DNA from: Macrostomum lignano
Taxonomy: Eukaryota
Direction of reading: 5' to 3'
Length of the DNA stretch: 64,000 nucleotides
Assembly (NCBI GenBank): GCA_002269645.1
Contig: NIVC01001497.1
Location: 124,001-188,000, forward strand
Shown here: one piece after another, positions 25,531 through 36,460 of the stretch
Layout of the letters: each line of letters begins with the position of its first letter
Numbering within the stretch: position 1 is the first letter of the stretch
The notes under the pieces: generated by a model
Told to the model about the DNA's origin: nothing
Seen by the model: the letters and a program-made list of their open reading frames with translations, nothing else
The model's database searches: none
Translations under genes and position numbers: made by a program

Positions 25531-26365
25531 TAGATGTATATATTCGACCTGCACTAGGTCTACACAACCTGAGAAATGAGAATGAGAATCGAGATCATCT
25601 GTATCTGTTCTAACTTGGTTCTATATTGTAATACACTAATGTCGTAATGACAATTTGGAATGAAAAAGGCCTATAAACTCAGTCATCAAAAGCTAGGCCT
25701 ACATAAGGATAGTGGTATTAGCTAAGTTGAATAAGACTTTATAGATGACCTAAAAGAAGGCTTAATAGACAAATGAAAAATAAATTAAAATAATTAAATG
25801 AAAAATAAAAGACTAGATAGATTTGTACTTTATGAAGGACGGATAAATTATATAACTTGTCACAAAAATGTTTATCAACAACAAGTCTAGATTTCGCACA
25901 AGTTTTACTTATGTTTGCCTTCCTCATTGTATAGTTTAAAAAATTCTGTTACATAGAATTTTGCTTAATTATATTTTACTACCTCTACAGTTCAATCAAT
26001 TGTCGACTTTTGTTTTAATTTATTTTATGAAATGGACCTAACCCCGCTAATGGATGCGTGAAATGTGGTTTAGGTCAGAACCCGAAGTCCATAAGTCGTC
26101 TATTATGTTCAGTAATCCCAGAAGCTACTTTCATTGTTTTCATTGTTGTTACTTTCATTCAATTAGTGGCGTCATATTTCAAAATCAGTAATATATTTTT
26201 TATTTCTTAGCATTTTAAACGCGTCCTCCTGTGCGAAAGGTTATTTGCAGATTATTTATAACATGTAAATTAGTATAACCATTATAAAGAATAATTAAAA
26301 AATGAAAATGATAACTTGATGGCTAGAATTATTTGATTACCTTTGCTAAGCAGCATCCAACATCA

Positions 26366-26602
26366 CTATACACAATAGCAACATGTCGGGGGCCACCTAT
26401 TTTTCGAACGGATGATTAATTTTGTACGCTAAATTTGCATAGATACAAAGGACAAGCGGAGGGTGCTGAAGGATTGAAGGCATGGGGAAGGGGCAAGCGG
26501 AGGGTGCTGAAGGATTGAAGGCATGGGGAACTATACACAATAGCAACATGTCGGGGCCACCTATTTGTCGAGCGGATAATTAATTTTGTAATTACGCTAA
26601 AT
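26366..26602. repeat. ~70 bp direct duplication enclosing two units of the 42 bp satellite
   Basis: ctatacacaatagcaacatgtcgggg...acgctaaatt at 26366-26435 and 26531-26602; satellite units at ~26453-26530. Confidence 0.85.
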
Positions 26603-27311
26603 TACAAGCAGTCCTGGCCTTTTTAGTTTTCTTCCGTTTTCCCCTATCCAAATCTCTTTAATTATTCTCCCTGTCGACTGGACACACAGTCCTCGTACCC
26701 CTGGGAATCTAGGCGGATACCGCGGGGATGACTCATTCCAATGAGTCGTACCCAAAGATCATATATACACAAGTGGGCCACTCATTACCCACTTATGTGG
26801 CCATAGAGGCTAATGTGAATACAATTTTGCACTTGAACATAATTTTGCAACTCGCGACAGCGCGAAAATCAACTACTGAACTCAATTTCGTCAGTAGTCT
26901 CTGCAGTGCAGGAAATATAAGATCTATGGTCGTACCCTACACCACCAGCTTCCTCCATTCAAAACACCCCATCGGCGCTCTTTGTTTGAAACCATTCATG
27001 CATAAAAAAAATTTCCACACCCTCCTATCTCTGCAATGTAAATTATAATTTTAATCTCTGTGTAAAAATTCAAAACAGCGCGCGCTTTTCGAACCTCGAT
27101 GACAATGTAAATAATCAATTTGATGACCCTAGAATAAGGAAAATAGGGTAAATTATTGTTAACTTTATCTAAATTACTGCACACATCAATTCGATGATTT
27201 AAAAACTGCATTTAAGTAGTCAATGAAGCACGAGCGTAAGTGGAACTGATCAGTGTAACAGATAAACTGTCTTGAGTTGATTTTGATCAATTTCGATCTA
27301 TTTAACCATGA

Positions 27312-27536
27312 TCAATATGTCATATTTTCGTAAACAAGGCGGCAGAGGAAAGCTAGTTTATTCTTAGTCAGTTTCAGATTGCACTGTCTAAATGCCTTCA
27401 TGACGCAGTCGCCGCAGTCGTCAGGGAGCGAGATCGAACATTTAAGTGAAATACTCTTATCTGTGCAGCTGGCCTCCACTCGGTGCAGGAGTAGGCAGGT
27501 GGCTAACATGAACGTCAAGTTGAAGAGTCGAAGCAT
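27312..27536 (-). CDS. Small secreted six-cysteine peptide A (74 aa)
   Basis: Signal-like MLRLFNLTFMLATCLLLHRVEA, then C-x8-C-x7-C-x2-C-x7-C-x12-C. An acceptor ttgcag lies 2 nt before the ATG. Paralog at 31973. Confidence 0.75.
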   Translation of the reverse strand: MLRLFNLTFMLATCLLLHRVEASCTDKSISLKCSISLPDDCGDCVMKAFRQCNLKLTKNKLAFLCRLVYENMTY

Positions 27537-27944
27537 TTCTGCAATTTGCTGCAAGAGGTGGCGATTGGTTTTATTAGCAAGATAATAAATCAATTAGTTG
27601 ACAGGTATTAGAATTAAGCCGCTCACCTTTTTGGTACTCGTATTATGGTTTCCTACGCAAGAGTAGAAATTTCTTCCGTTTAAATCAGGCTCTTCAAATT
27701 TCTGAAAGAAATAGGAATTATTTATGTTAGTTTAGTTTTCTCGACCAAGCACAAGCTAAGCTTTTATATACTGTACAGACATTTTTGCCTGCAAGGAATG
27801 CGCAAAGCTACTGAATTGTCTATGGAAAATCCAACTTGAAAAGTTACAAAAATCGATTTTTTTCGTTTCCAAAGTTTCCTGGCCCAAGGCAAGGTTTGTT
27901 GAAATTTTTATGCCAAATTTTACTGGAAACGAATGGAGCTGAAG

Positions 27945-28628
27945 GATTGAACGCATAGGGAAGGGGCAAGCGGAGGGTGCTGAAAGATTGAAGGCATGGG
28001 GAAGGGCAAGCGGAGGGTGCTGAAGGATTGAAGGCATGGGGAAGGGGCAAGCGGAGGGTGCTGAAGGATTGAAGGCATGGGGAAGGGGCAAGCGGAGGGT
28101 GCTGAAGGATTGAAGGCATGGGGAAGGGGCAAGCGGAGGGTGCTGAAGGATTGAAGGCATGGGGAAGGGGCAAGCGGAGGGTGCTGAAGGATTGAAGGCA
28201 TGGGGAAGGGGCAAGCGGAGGGTGCTGAAGGATTGAAGGCATGGGAAGGGGCAAGCGGAGGGTGCTGAAGGATTGAAGGCATGGGGAAGGGGCAAGCGGA
28301 GGGTGCTGAAAGATTGAAGGCATGGGGAAGGGCAAGCGGAGGGTGCTGAAGGATTGAAGGCATGGGGAAGGGGCAAGCGGAGGGTGCTGAAGGATTGAAG
28401 GCATGGGGAAGGGGCAAGCGGAGGGTGCTGAAGGATTGAAGGCATGGGGAAGGGGCAAGCGGAGGGTGCTGAAGGATTGAAGGCATGGGGAAGGGGCAAG
28501 CGGAGGGTGCTGAAGGATTGAAGGCATGGGGAAGGGGCAAGCGGAGGGTGCTGAAGGATTGAAGGCATGGGGAAGGGGCAAGCGGAGGGTGCTGAAGGAT
28601 TGAAGGCATAGGGAAGGGGCAAGCGGTG
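27945..28628. repeat. 42 bp satellite, module A (gcaagcggagggtgctgaaggattgaaggcatggggaagggg)
   Basis: ~16 homogeneous copies. Confidence 0.95.
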
Positions 28629-29816
28629 GTTGATAGACAACTGATAATCTTCAGTAGCCAATCGATGCGAACGGGGGATTCACGGAGCAAAACAGTGCCC
28701 CCCCCCCTAAAAAAAATTAAAAGCAGACCAACAATCCAGAGTTTTCATCCATGGTTTAACTCAAGACTAAATACCTAAGTGTATTGATATTGGTCTAACT
28801 TTTCTAAAGCAGGATGAATATACAAAACTTTATCGTACATGTACATGAACTGTATTGTATATCGTACGGCATACTACTTTTATTGACTGTTTGTTATTTA
28901 GTACGATTTAATTAATATCTGTTTTCATGCATGTTTTAAGGCGTTGGGTCCCAATCCCAGTTAGTATCCACAGTGATACATACGACTGCCACTCTGAACC
29001 GAGCCACCAGGCCTCGTCCCTTAGACTTTGTCCGCCTCTGGATGGTGCGGTAGCTGACGTTGCGGCCAAGATCTATAGACATATCTATAGACATATTTAT
29101 AGACGGCGGGCCCGGTTTGTTAGAATGTACACGCCAGAGGCACGGCTGTCACCAGTCACCTGTGCAGGAGTACACCCGGTGAAAACTCCCACTAACGAGA
29201 CGGGACTCCCGGTGTGTAGCAGACGAAGGTTCTTGACCCCAACTGTGCCAGAAATGGCCGATTAAGGGACTCTATGCGAGGCAATACAAGAACAGTCAGT
29301 GCCGGAAACGAAGACTTTTGCATAGGGGGGGGGGTCTTTTAGCTGGTGAGCGGTTTTAGACTACAATTCCCAGTAAACAGTAAACAGACAGAAGCAAACA
29401 AGTTGAATAGCTATGCCCTGAATTGCTCGCCCAAAAGCCTAAACTTGGCCTTAACCGCTAAGTTAATTACGAGAATTAAAACTGAATTAATAAGTAAAGA
29501 TTGAAAAATTAGATGATTAGCAACGGGGGGCGGACTGATCATACCTAAGGACAGCGCAACAGAAAAAAAGATACCTTGGCACGGTGGGCATGGGCTGCTT
29601 GGCACGGTGGTCGCACGGTGGCGGCTGCAGTCACGGACGTTCAATCCAGACGAGACACGTCCGGGGGTTAAAGCCGAGGGAAGTTATAGCTCAGCACCAG
29701 GGGGTACAGCCCAGAGCGAGGAGAACGGTGCGATCCGAACGGTTGTTACAGCTCTGAAGGGTCCGTAGGAAACGGAATGAAAGGGGAAGGAAACGGTGAA
29801 GGGTTTGCCGCTGAGG

Positions 29817-30664
29817 CAGGCGCGTCGCCACCGGGGGGATATGAAGGACATGTCCCCCCCCCCCAGTAAAAGCTATGAGGGGACATGCCAATGCTTTGTC
29901 CCGTCACCCCACCTTGTGACTCGTTGTGGTAATCAATATTTCTCTTCAGAGCGCCAAAATATAGCGCCTGCGGCGCCAAAAGGAGTGCCTGTGGAGCTAA
30001 AATAAGTGCCTGCGGCGCTAAAATGAGTTCCTGCGGCGCTAAAATGAGTTCCTGTGGAGCTAAAATGAGTGCCTGCGGCGCTAAAATGAGTGCCTGCGGC
30101 GCCAAAATGAGTGCCTGCGGCGCTAAAATGAGTGCCTGCGGCGCTAAAATGAGTGCCTCCGGCGCTAAAATGAATTCCTGCGGCGCCAAAATGAATGCCT
30201 GCGGCGCTAAAATGAGTGCCTACGGCGTCAAAATGAGTGCCTGCGGCGCCAAAATGAGTGCCTGCGGCGCTAAAATGAGTTCCTGCGGCACTAAAATGAG
30301 TGCCTGCGGCGCTAAAATGAGTGCCTGCGGCGCTAAAATGAGTGCCTGCGGCGCTAAAATGAGTGCCTACGGCGTCAAAATGAGTGCCTGCGGCGCCAAA
30401 ATGAGTGCCTGCGGCGCTAAAATGAGTTCCTGCGGCACTAAAATGAGTGCCTGCGGCGCTAAAATGAGTGCCTGCGGCGCTAAAATGAGTGCCTGCGGCG
30501 CTAAAATGATACCTGCGGCACTAAAATTAGTGCCTACGGCGCTAAAATGAGGGCTGACAACACGATTCTCAAAATAATGGAAATGTAGGAATTGAGTCAT
30601 GTACATGTACATGTTGAATTCTTGGCTGTGTCCCCCCACCATAAAATCCATGGCGACACCCCTG
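29817..30664. mobile_element. Non-autonomous hAT-type element with an internal 21 bp tandem array
   Basis: TIRs caggcgcgtcgcca / tggcgacacccctg (12/14 match); 8 bp TSD cgctgagg / cgctcagg (7/8); array gcctgcggcgctaaaatgagt at ~29966-30550. Confidence 0.8.
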
Positions 30665-30688
30665 CGCTCAGGGCTCAGAACGAGCTCT

Positions 30689-30806
30689 TATTTAAAGCCC
30701 TGAGATCACGTGAGCGTGATGCGTGATATCGAAGGCTGTGACTTGTCCTTGACCTCCGTTACCAAGCAACCCTGATGACGTCACCCGTCAGCTGCGCTGT
30801 GATTGG
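30689..30806 (-). promoter_or_regulatory. Promoter-like motif cluster (CCAAT, CRE, RFX X-box, E-box, TATA-like)
   Basis: gattgg 30801-30806, tgacgtca 30776-30783, gttaccaagcaac 30758-30770, cacgtg 30707-30712, tatttaaa 30689-30696. Confidence 0.45.
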
Positions 30807-31335
30807 ACGAGAAATTTGAGTGGAACGCAGCGAAGAAAAATGATTTATGTTGGGGAATTACATAACAGACAGGAAAAGGCTTGGGGAGATAGGAGTCATA
30901 AAACTGTCACACGCATGAATGATTTCGAACAATACATGTAGAGAAGTGGGGTTGGTGCGCGGGGGAGTGGGGTGGGCGATAAGCATGAGTCATCGTGATC
31001 ACAGGGGAAGGATGTAGGGTCCGCAAAAATTAGTGGGGGCCCATGACGTGCCTACATCAGCTTGTTAAAAATGTAGAATATCTTTCTATGAGTCGCACCG
31101 TTTCTACCCACCTTCCTCATTCTCTTCAACCACCCTATCTCCGCTCTTTGTTTGAAAATATTCATGCAGAACAAATTTTCAACGCTTCTTATCTCTGGAA
31201 TGTAAATTATATTTAATATCTCTATGCAAAATTTTGAATTCGCGCGCTTTTCGAGCCTCCTTTGCTGCGACCTCCAACCCATTTTTTAGCCAATCAGAGC
31301 AGGGCTGGTGCTCAGTTGCTAGACAACGCGGTTCA

Positions 31336-31395
31336 CAGACGGGTCACGGATGGGTCACGGACGGGTCACGGACGGGTTACGGACGGGTCACGGTT
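31336..31395. repeat. 11 bp short tandem repeat (gacgggtcacg)
   Basis: About 5 copies. Confidence 0.8.
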
Positions 31396-31486
31396 ACTCT
31401 TCCACTTCTTGGACAACCAATCCAAATGCTCGCGCTACCTTCGAGTTCCCTGTGTGTATTAGTTTAGCTTAGAAGGAATGAGCTCT

Positions 31487-31712
31487 GTGTGCACCCTGGC
31501 GCACATCCGGCGAGAGGCATTGCTGCCCATTCCGCCGACTCCCCTGAGCAGGCACACAAGCGCGCGGATACGTACGCAGTCATTCGCACAGGCATACACT
31601 CACACAGGAGCGTACAGCGGCCCTAACTTTATTTATCGTTAGGCATGTACACTTCACTGTGCCTTGGGGGTTGGCCCTCAAGCTGGTCGTTACCTGGTAA
31701 TTGCACGAGCAG
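31487..31712 (-). mobile_element. 5'-truncated SINE copy
   Basis: Reverse complement of 51680-51906 at high similarity; the tRNA head is absent. Confidence 0.85.
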
Positions 31713-31972
31713 ACACAACAATGAACTACAATGATCGCTTATTGGGCTTAAACTCATTTTTAAGATAGGAAAATGAGATATGAGCGTATTTATGTCAACT
31801 TTTGACAAAATTTGACACACGTCGATCCGATATCATTTCAAAAACTGCAGTACGTAGCCAATAAAGTGCGAGTGTAAATCAAACTGAAAGTTCTGCATAT
31901 TCAAACTGTGTGCCGTAACTCTGATCAGTTTTGATTTATTTCAAGCATTCAAATATACGAGAGCTCGTTGTC

Positions 31973-32194
31973 TCATTGTACGGTTGAATTTGCCGCATCG
32001 CAGAGAAAAGCTATTTTTCGAGACGCCAGTTTCAGATTGCACTGTTCAAATGACTCCATGACGCAGTCGCCGCAGTCGTCAGGGAGCAAGATCGAACATT
32101 TAAGTAAAATACTCTTATCTGTGCAGCTGGCCTCCACTCCGTGCAGCAGCAGGCAGGCGGATAACAGCAAGGTCAAGTTGAAGAGTCGAAGCAT
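31973..32194 (-). CDS. Small secreted six-cysteine peptide B (73 aa)
   Basis: MLRLFNLTLLLSACLLLHGVEA followed by the same Cys spacing as peptide A; 51/65 residues identical to A. Acceptor ttacag lies 2 nt before the ATG. Confidence 0.75.
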   Translation of the reverse strand: MLRLFNLTLLLSACLLLHGVEASCTDKSILLKCSILLPDDCGDCVMESFEQCNLKLASRKIAFLCDAANSTVQ

Positions 32195-32589
32195 ATCTGT
32201 AATTTGCTGCAAGCAAGTGCCGATTGATTTATTAGCAATAGAACAAATCGACAGGAATAAGCGGCTGCCTAAAAATTTCTTTCGTTTATATTGACTACTC
32301 AAATTTTGAGGACACTGTAGATTTATAAAGATCTAACTCCAGCAAAAAAGCTAATTCTATACCTAAGGAATTTCTGAAATTCTAAATAGGAATTATCTGT
32401 GTTAGTTTAGGTTTCTCGGTTAAACACAAGCTAAGCTTCTGTAGTGCAAAAACACATTTTTGCTGGCAAGGAATGCGCAAAGCTATGTCTTTGAAAAAAT
32501 CCAATTTGGACAGCTACTTAAATCGATTTTTTATCTTCCAAAGTTTTCTGCGCTCGATGCAAATGAAAATTTTATTGAAAACGAAGGGT

Positions 32590-33585
32590 AAGGGGTAAGC
32601 GGTGGGTGCTGAAGGATTGAGGGCATGTGCAGTGGAATAGGTAAGTGGTGGTTGCTGAAGGATTGAGGGCATGTGCAGTGGAATAGGTAAGCGGTGGGTG
32701 CTGAAGGATTGAGGGCATGTGCAGTGGAATAGGTAAGCGGTGGGTGCTGAAGGATTGAGGGCATGTGCAGTGGAATAGGTAAGCGGTGGGTGCTGAAGGA
32801 TTGAGGGCATGTGCAGTGGAATAGGTAAGTGGTGGGTGCTGAAGGATTGGGGGCATGTGCAGTGGAATAGGTAAGCGGTGGTTGCTGAAGGATTGAGGGC
32901 ATGTGCAGTGGAATAGGTAAGTGGTGGTTGCTGAAGGATTGAGGGCATGTGCAGTGGAATAGGCAAGTGGTGGTTGCTGAAGGATTGAGGGCATGTGCAG
33001 TGGAATAGGTAAGTGGTGGTTGCTGAAGGATTGAGGGCATGTGCAGTGGAATAGGTAAGTGGTGGGTGCTGAAGGATTGGGGGCATGTGCAGTGGAATAG
33101 GCAAGTGGTGGTTGCTGAAGGATTGAGGGCATGTGCAGTGGAATAGGTAAGTGGTGGGTGCTGAAGGATTGAGGGCATGTGCAGTGGAATAGGTAAGTGG
33201 TGGGTGCTGAAGGATTGGGGGCATGTGCAGTGGAATAGGTAAGCGGTGGTTGCTGAAGGATTGAGGGCATGTGCAGTGGAATAGGTAAGTGGTGGTTGCT
33301 GAAGGATTGAGGGCATGTGCAGTGGAATAGGCAAGTGGTGGTTGCTGAAGGATTGAGGGCATGTGCAGTGGAATAGGTAAGTGGTGGTTGCTGAAGGATT
33401 GAGGGCATGTGCAGTGGAATAGGTAAGTGGTGGGTGCTGAAGGATTGAGGGCATGTGCAGTGGAATAGGTAAGTGGTGGTTGCTGAAGGATTGAGGGCAT
33501 GTGCAGTGGAATAGGTAAGTGGTGGTTGCTGAAGGATTGAGGGCATGTGCAGTGGAATAGGTAAGCGGTGGTTGCTGAAGGATCA
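32590..33585. repeat. 46 bp satellite, module B (gtgcagtggaataggtaagcggtgggtgctgaaggattgagggcat)
   Basis: ~21 copies; shares the ctgaaggattga core with the module A and C arrays. Confidence 0.95.
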
Positions 33586-33589
33586 GGAC

Positions 33590-33960
33590 TGGTACTCGTA
33601 AAAACTGTTTACCCGCATAACCAAAGAATGCAGAAGTCAAATGATGCTCAAACTGCTGTATGAAATGAAGTAGCAGGTGTAATGAACAAGCTGGGTAATT
33701 TCATGCTGCGCACAGTCATAATCTACAGAGAGGTAAGAACTTATATTTACGAGATTTACGTTTATTATTAGTGGTTGTTTGCCGACATCGGTTTGATTAA
33801 AACAAATGCTAAATGCGTACAATACAATAATGGAATTAAAACTGTATTCTATAAAAGTTGTAGCTAATGGCAAAACATATGAGAGCGAAGAACAATTACA
33901 ATTTTCAATAACGGAATATAAAGATAGCAGTAGACGATCAGAGATTCGGGTCGATTTCTT
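33590..33960 (-). pseudogene. Decayed coding-like segment, module B (paralog of 39660-40080)
   Basis: The YDCAQHEITQL frame is shared with module C, with differences mostly at third codon positions. Frameshift and stops are present. Confidence 0.4.
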
Positions 33961-34331
33961 AGATGTCTATGGCCGAACCTCATAATTCGTAACAGATGAA
34001 AGTTTAATAAGTCATATTAAATAACAATAATATTCTACAGCCATATTATAATTAATCAATATACTGTACCAATAATAAATTAAGAATAAATAAATTAAAA
34101 CGTTTTATTTTTTTATTAAAGATATAAGTCATTAAAATATTAGAGTATGAATCAGATCAAATTGTTTAATAATTTTGTAAATCACTGTAACAGTCGAGAA
34201 ATTGAACTTAGAAAATTTACTATCAAATCTTAATTCCATTTAGGTCCTTGTCAGTGCTAAAGAACGAATCAATTTGCACTGACTCGATAGTCTTTCTGAC
34301 CATAGACAATCAGCAGGCGAATAGTAGGCTT

Positions 34332-34478
34332 TTACATGCAGTAGCCTAAAATACATGTAAGGTTGGCGACGGTGAGGGTGAAAAAAACGACGCCGGCAAT
34401 GGCGTACGGCGACATCAAAAGGCGACAGCAAGTAGAAATGCGGCGATGATATTGGTAACGATGATTAGTGGCAGCCAT
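34332..34478 (-). CDS. Possible 48 aa single-TM micropeptide or first exon
   Basis: MAATNHRYQYHRRISTCCRLLMSPYAIAGVVFFTLTVANLTCILGYCM; locally GC-richer, with an upstream acceptor ttttgcag. Confidence 0.3.
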   Translation of the reverse strand: MAATNHRYQYHRRISTCCRLLMSPYAIAGVVFFTLTVANLTCILGYCM

Positions 34479-35204
34479 GGTGACAATAAACAATCAGGTA
34501 TAGTGACAATGAATCGATGAAGTCAACGATTTTTCGAGGAACTGACGATTTGGCAGGTGGGGCAATTATAAATGATGTCTCGGTGAGACCTGCAAAAATA
34601 TGAGGGAGTTCAGATATTTTATATGATATGAACGATAGTGCTTGTGCTGAGCGTTAATTGCATCTAGCAATAAAAATGATAACAACCTTAACATTAAAGA
34701 TGGTAGTTGTAGTATTTTTCCTGTTATTTTCAATAACCCATCTGCGTATTTACTTATTATTTTCACTCTACAGTAGGTTTGCAATTCTTTGATATTAAAT
34801 TTGTTTGTTTTTACCTTACACTTCCATCATTGCTTAATTAATTCGATAATGTTCAACAAATATTGATTCGCTTAGTTCGTCGTTTGCCCGCACCTATATA
34901 ATAAAATCTTCGATTTGACGTTTTGCTCTGAAATCTTCTTATTTTCGCTCTAGAACGTTCGATATTCTTTCGATAATTAGTATGCGCGCGCCTTTTTACT
35001 TTTAAGTAGTATCGTGTGCTTATCCTTCATTCGAGCTTGCCTTTTTCGGAGGAGGGGAGGTTGTGGACGTGGACGTGGATTGCATTTTTCTAATGTGACT
35101 TAGGATTACTTTTGGAATTAATATTTAAAAGCTATATTTATTTTGACCGTATGTTTTTTCTATTTTTCTATTTATTATCTTATTTGGTTTATTTGGTTTA
35201 TGAC

Positions 35205-36290
35205 GACGCGTGGGTCGACGTCAACCGGAGAGGCGGCTCAGCGTGCTTGGCGACGACCTCGCCCTGCTGTCCTCAACTGTCGAGGGCGCCCAGCGACAAC
35301 TGGACAAGCTAGTTGCTGTTGCGGCGAGTGTCGGCCTGGTGGTCAACACGCAGAAAACCGTCGTGCTCTGCGTGCCGGACGACATCGAAGCTGCGATTTC
35401 GTTCCGAGGCGCTGATGGACAGGCGACAGAGCTTCCGCGTCGCGCAGAGACATCCGGGCTGCCATCATGACCCTCTCTGGTCACGGCTGCTTCTCCAGCC
35501 ACCAGTACCTGCAGGGCAACGCCACCAACGCCACCTGTAGTTTCTGCAACTCAGGTGACGAAACCGCTGAGCATTTCGTCAGCATCTGTCCCGCCTTCAC
35601 GCGGGCCAGACTCACTTACCTCGGGCCACACACATCTATTACTGAAGCGTGCAAACCCGAAAACTTTAATCAGCTCATGCGCTACCTTCGGGCCACCCGC
35701 AGGGCTGAACTCTCCTTTCCAGAGAGCACTATAGCTGCTGGCGGCACTGGGGGACCTCCCTGGGCGGCGCCAACCCTCCGTCCATAGCGACGCGTCGGCC
35801 GTTCAGGGACTAGCGGAATGGGCGCCCGCGCCTTCCCGCTGTGAACCTCCGGGACAGCCCTGCAGTTAAGTCAAGTAAGTCAAGAGCTTCCGCGTTTTCA
35901 GCAGTTCGTCTACCTCGGCGGTCTGGTTCCCGGTGTCCGCGAGGATCTGCGATGTCGCCGCGGGCTTGCCTGGGCTGCCTTTCGTTCTGTGATAGCGGTC
36001 CTGCAGTCCGAGGCCTTAGCTGACCGCCAGAGGGTGGCGTTGTTCCAGGTGGTGGTCGAGACCGTCCTGCTGTACAACGCCGAGACATGGACGCTGACGG
36101 AGTCGCTCGAGCAACAAGTTGACGCGGCGCACGCTGGCCTGCTGCGCGCCGCCTTCAAGATCGGCTACGAGCGAGTGACCAACGCGGCTTTGTATCGCCG
36201 CGCCGACCTGGTCCGTCCAAGCAACCTGTTGCGCCGTCGACGACTCCAGCTGGCAGGCCACATCATCTGCGCCGAGTCGTACTGCCACAC
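35205..36290 (+). mobile_element. RTE-clade non-LTR retrotransposon fragment (RT C-terminal half), inactive and interrupted
   Basis: GDDLALLS...VGLVVNTQKT, then FVYLG...LLYNAETWTL...RRRRLQLAGHI. The YADD motif has lost its YA residues. Confidence 0.9.
35441..35882 (+). mobile_element. 5'-truncated LINE 3' end (CCHC knuckle; R1/Loa/I-like) inserted in the RTE
   Basis: SGHGCF...CSFC...ETAEHFVSICP; tail taagtcaagtaagtcaa; 13 bp TSD agagcttccgcgt at 35428-35440 and 35883-35895. Confidence 0.88.
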
Positions 36291-36460
36291 CTGACTGCCT
36301 CGCCGGCACACCTGACTGCTTCGCTGCCACACCTGACTGCCTCTCGGGCACACCTGACGACCTCGCTGCCACACCTGACTGCCTCCCGGGCACACCTGAC
36401 GACCTCGCTGCCACACCTGACTGCCGCGCTGCCACAGCTGACTGCCTCGCCGTCACACCT
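36285..36460. repeat. Short degenerate tandem repeat (cacacctgactgcctcgc)
   Basis: ~8 alternating units at the end of the RTE fragment. Confidence 0.8.

Noticed and set aside
30772-30815. Hammerhead-like ctgatga...gaaa
   Set aside because: There is an extra base at the stem II/GAAA junction, no convincing stems I and III, and the site is better explained as a CRE.
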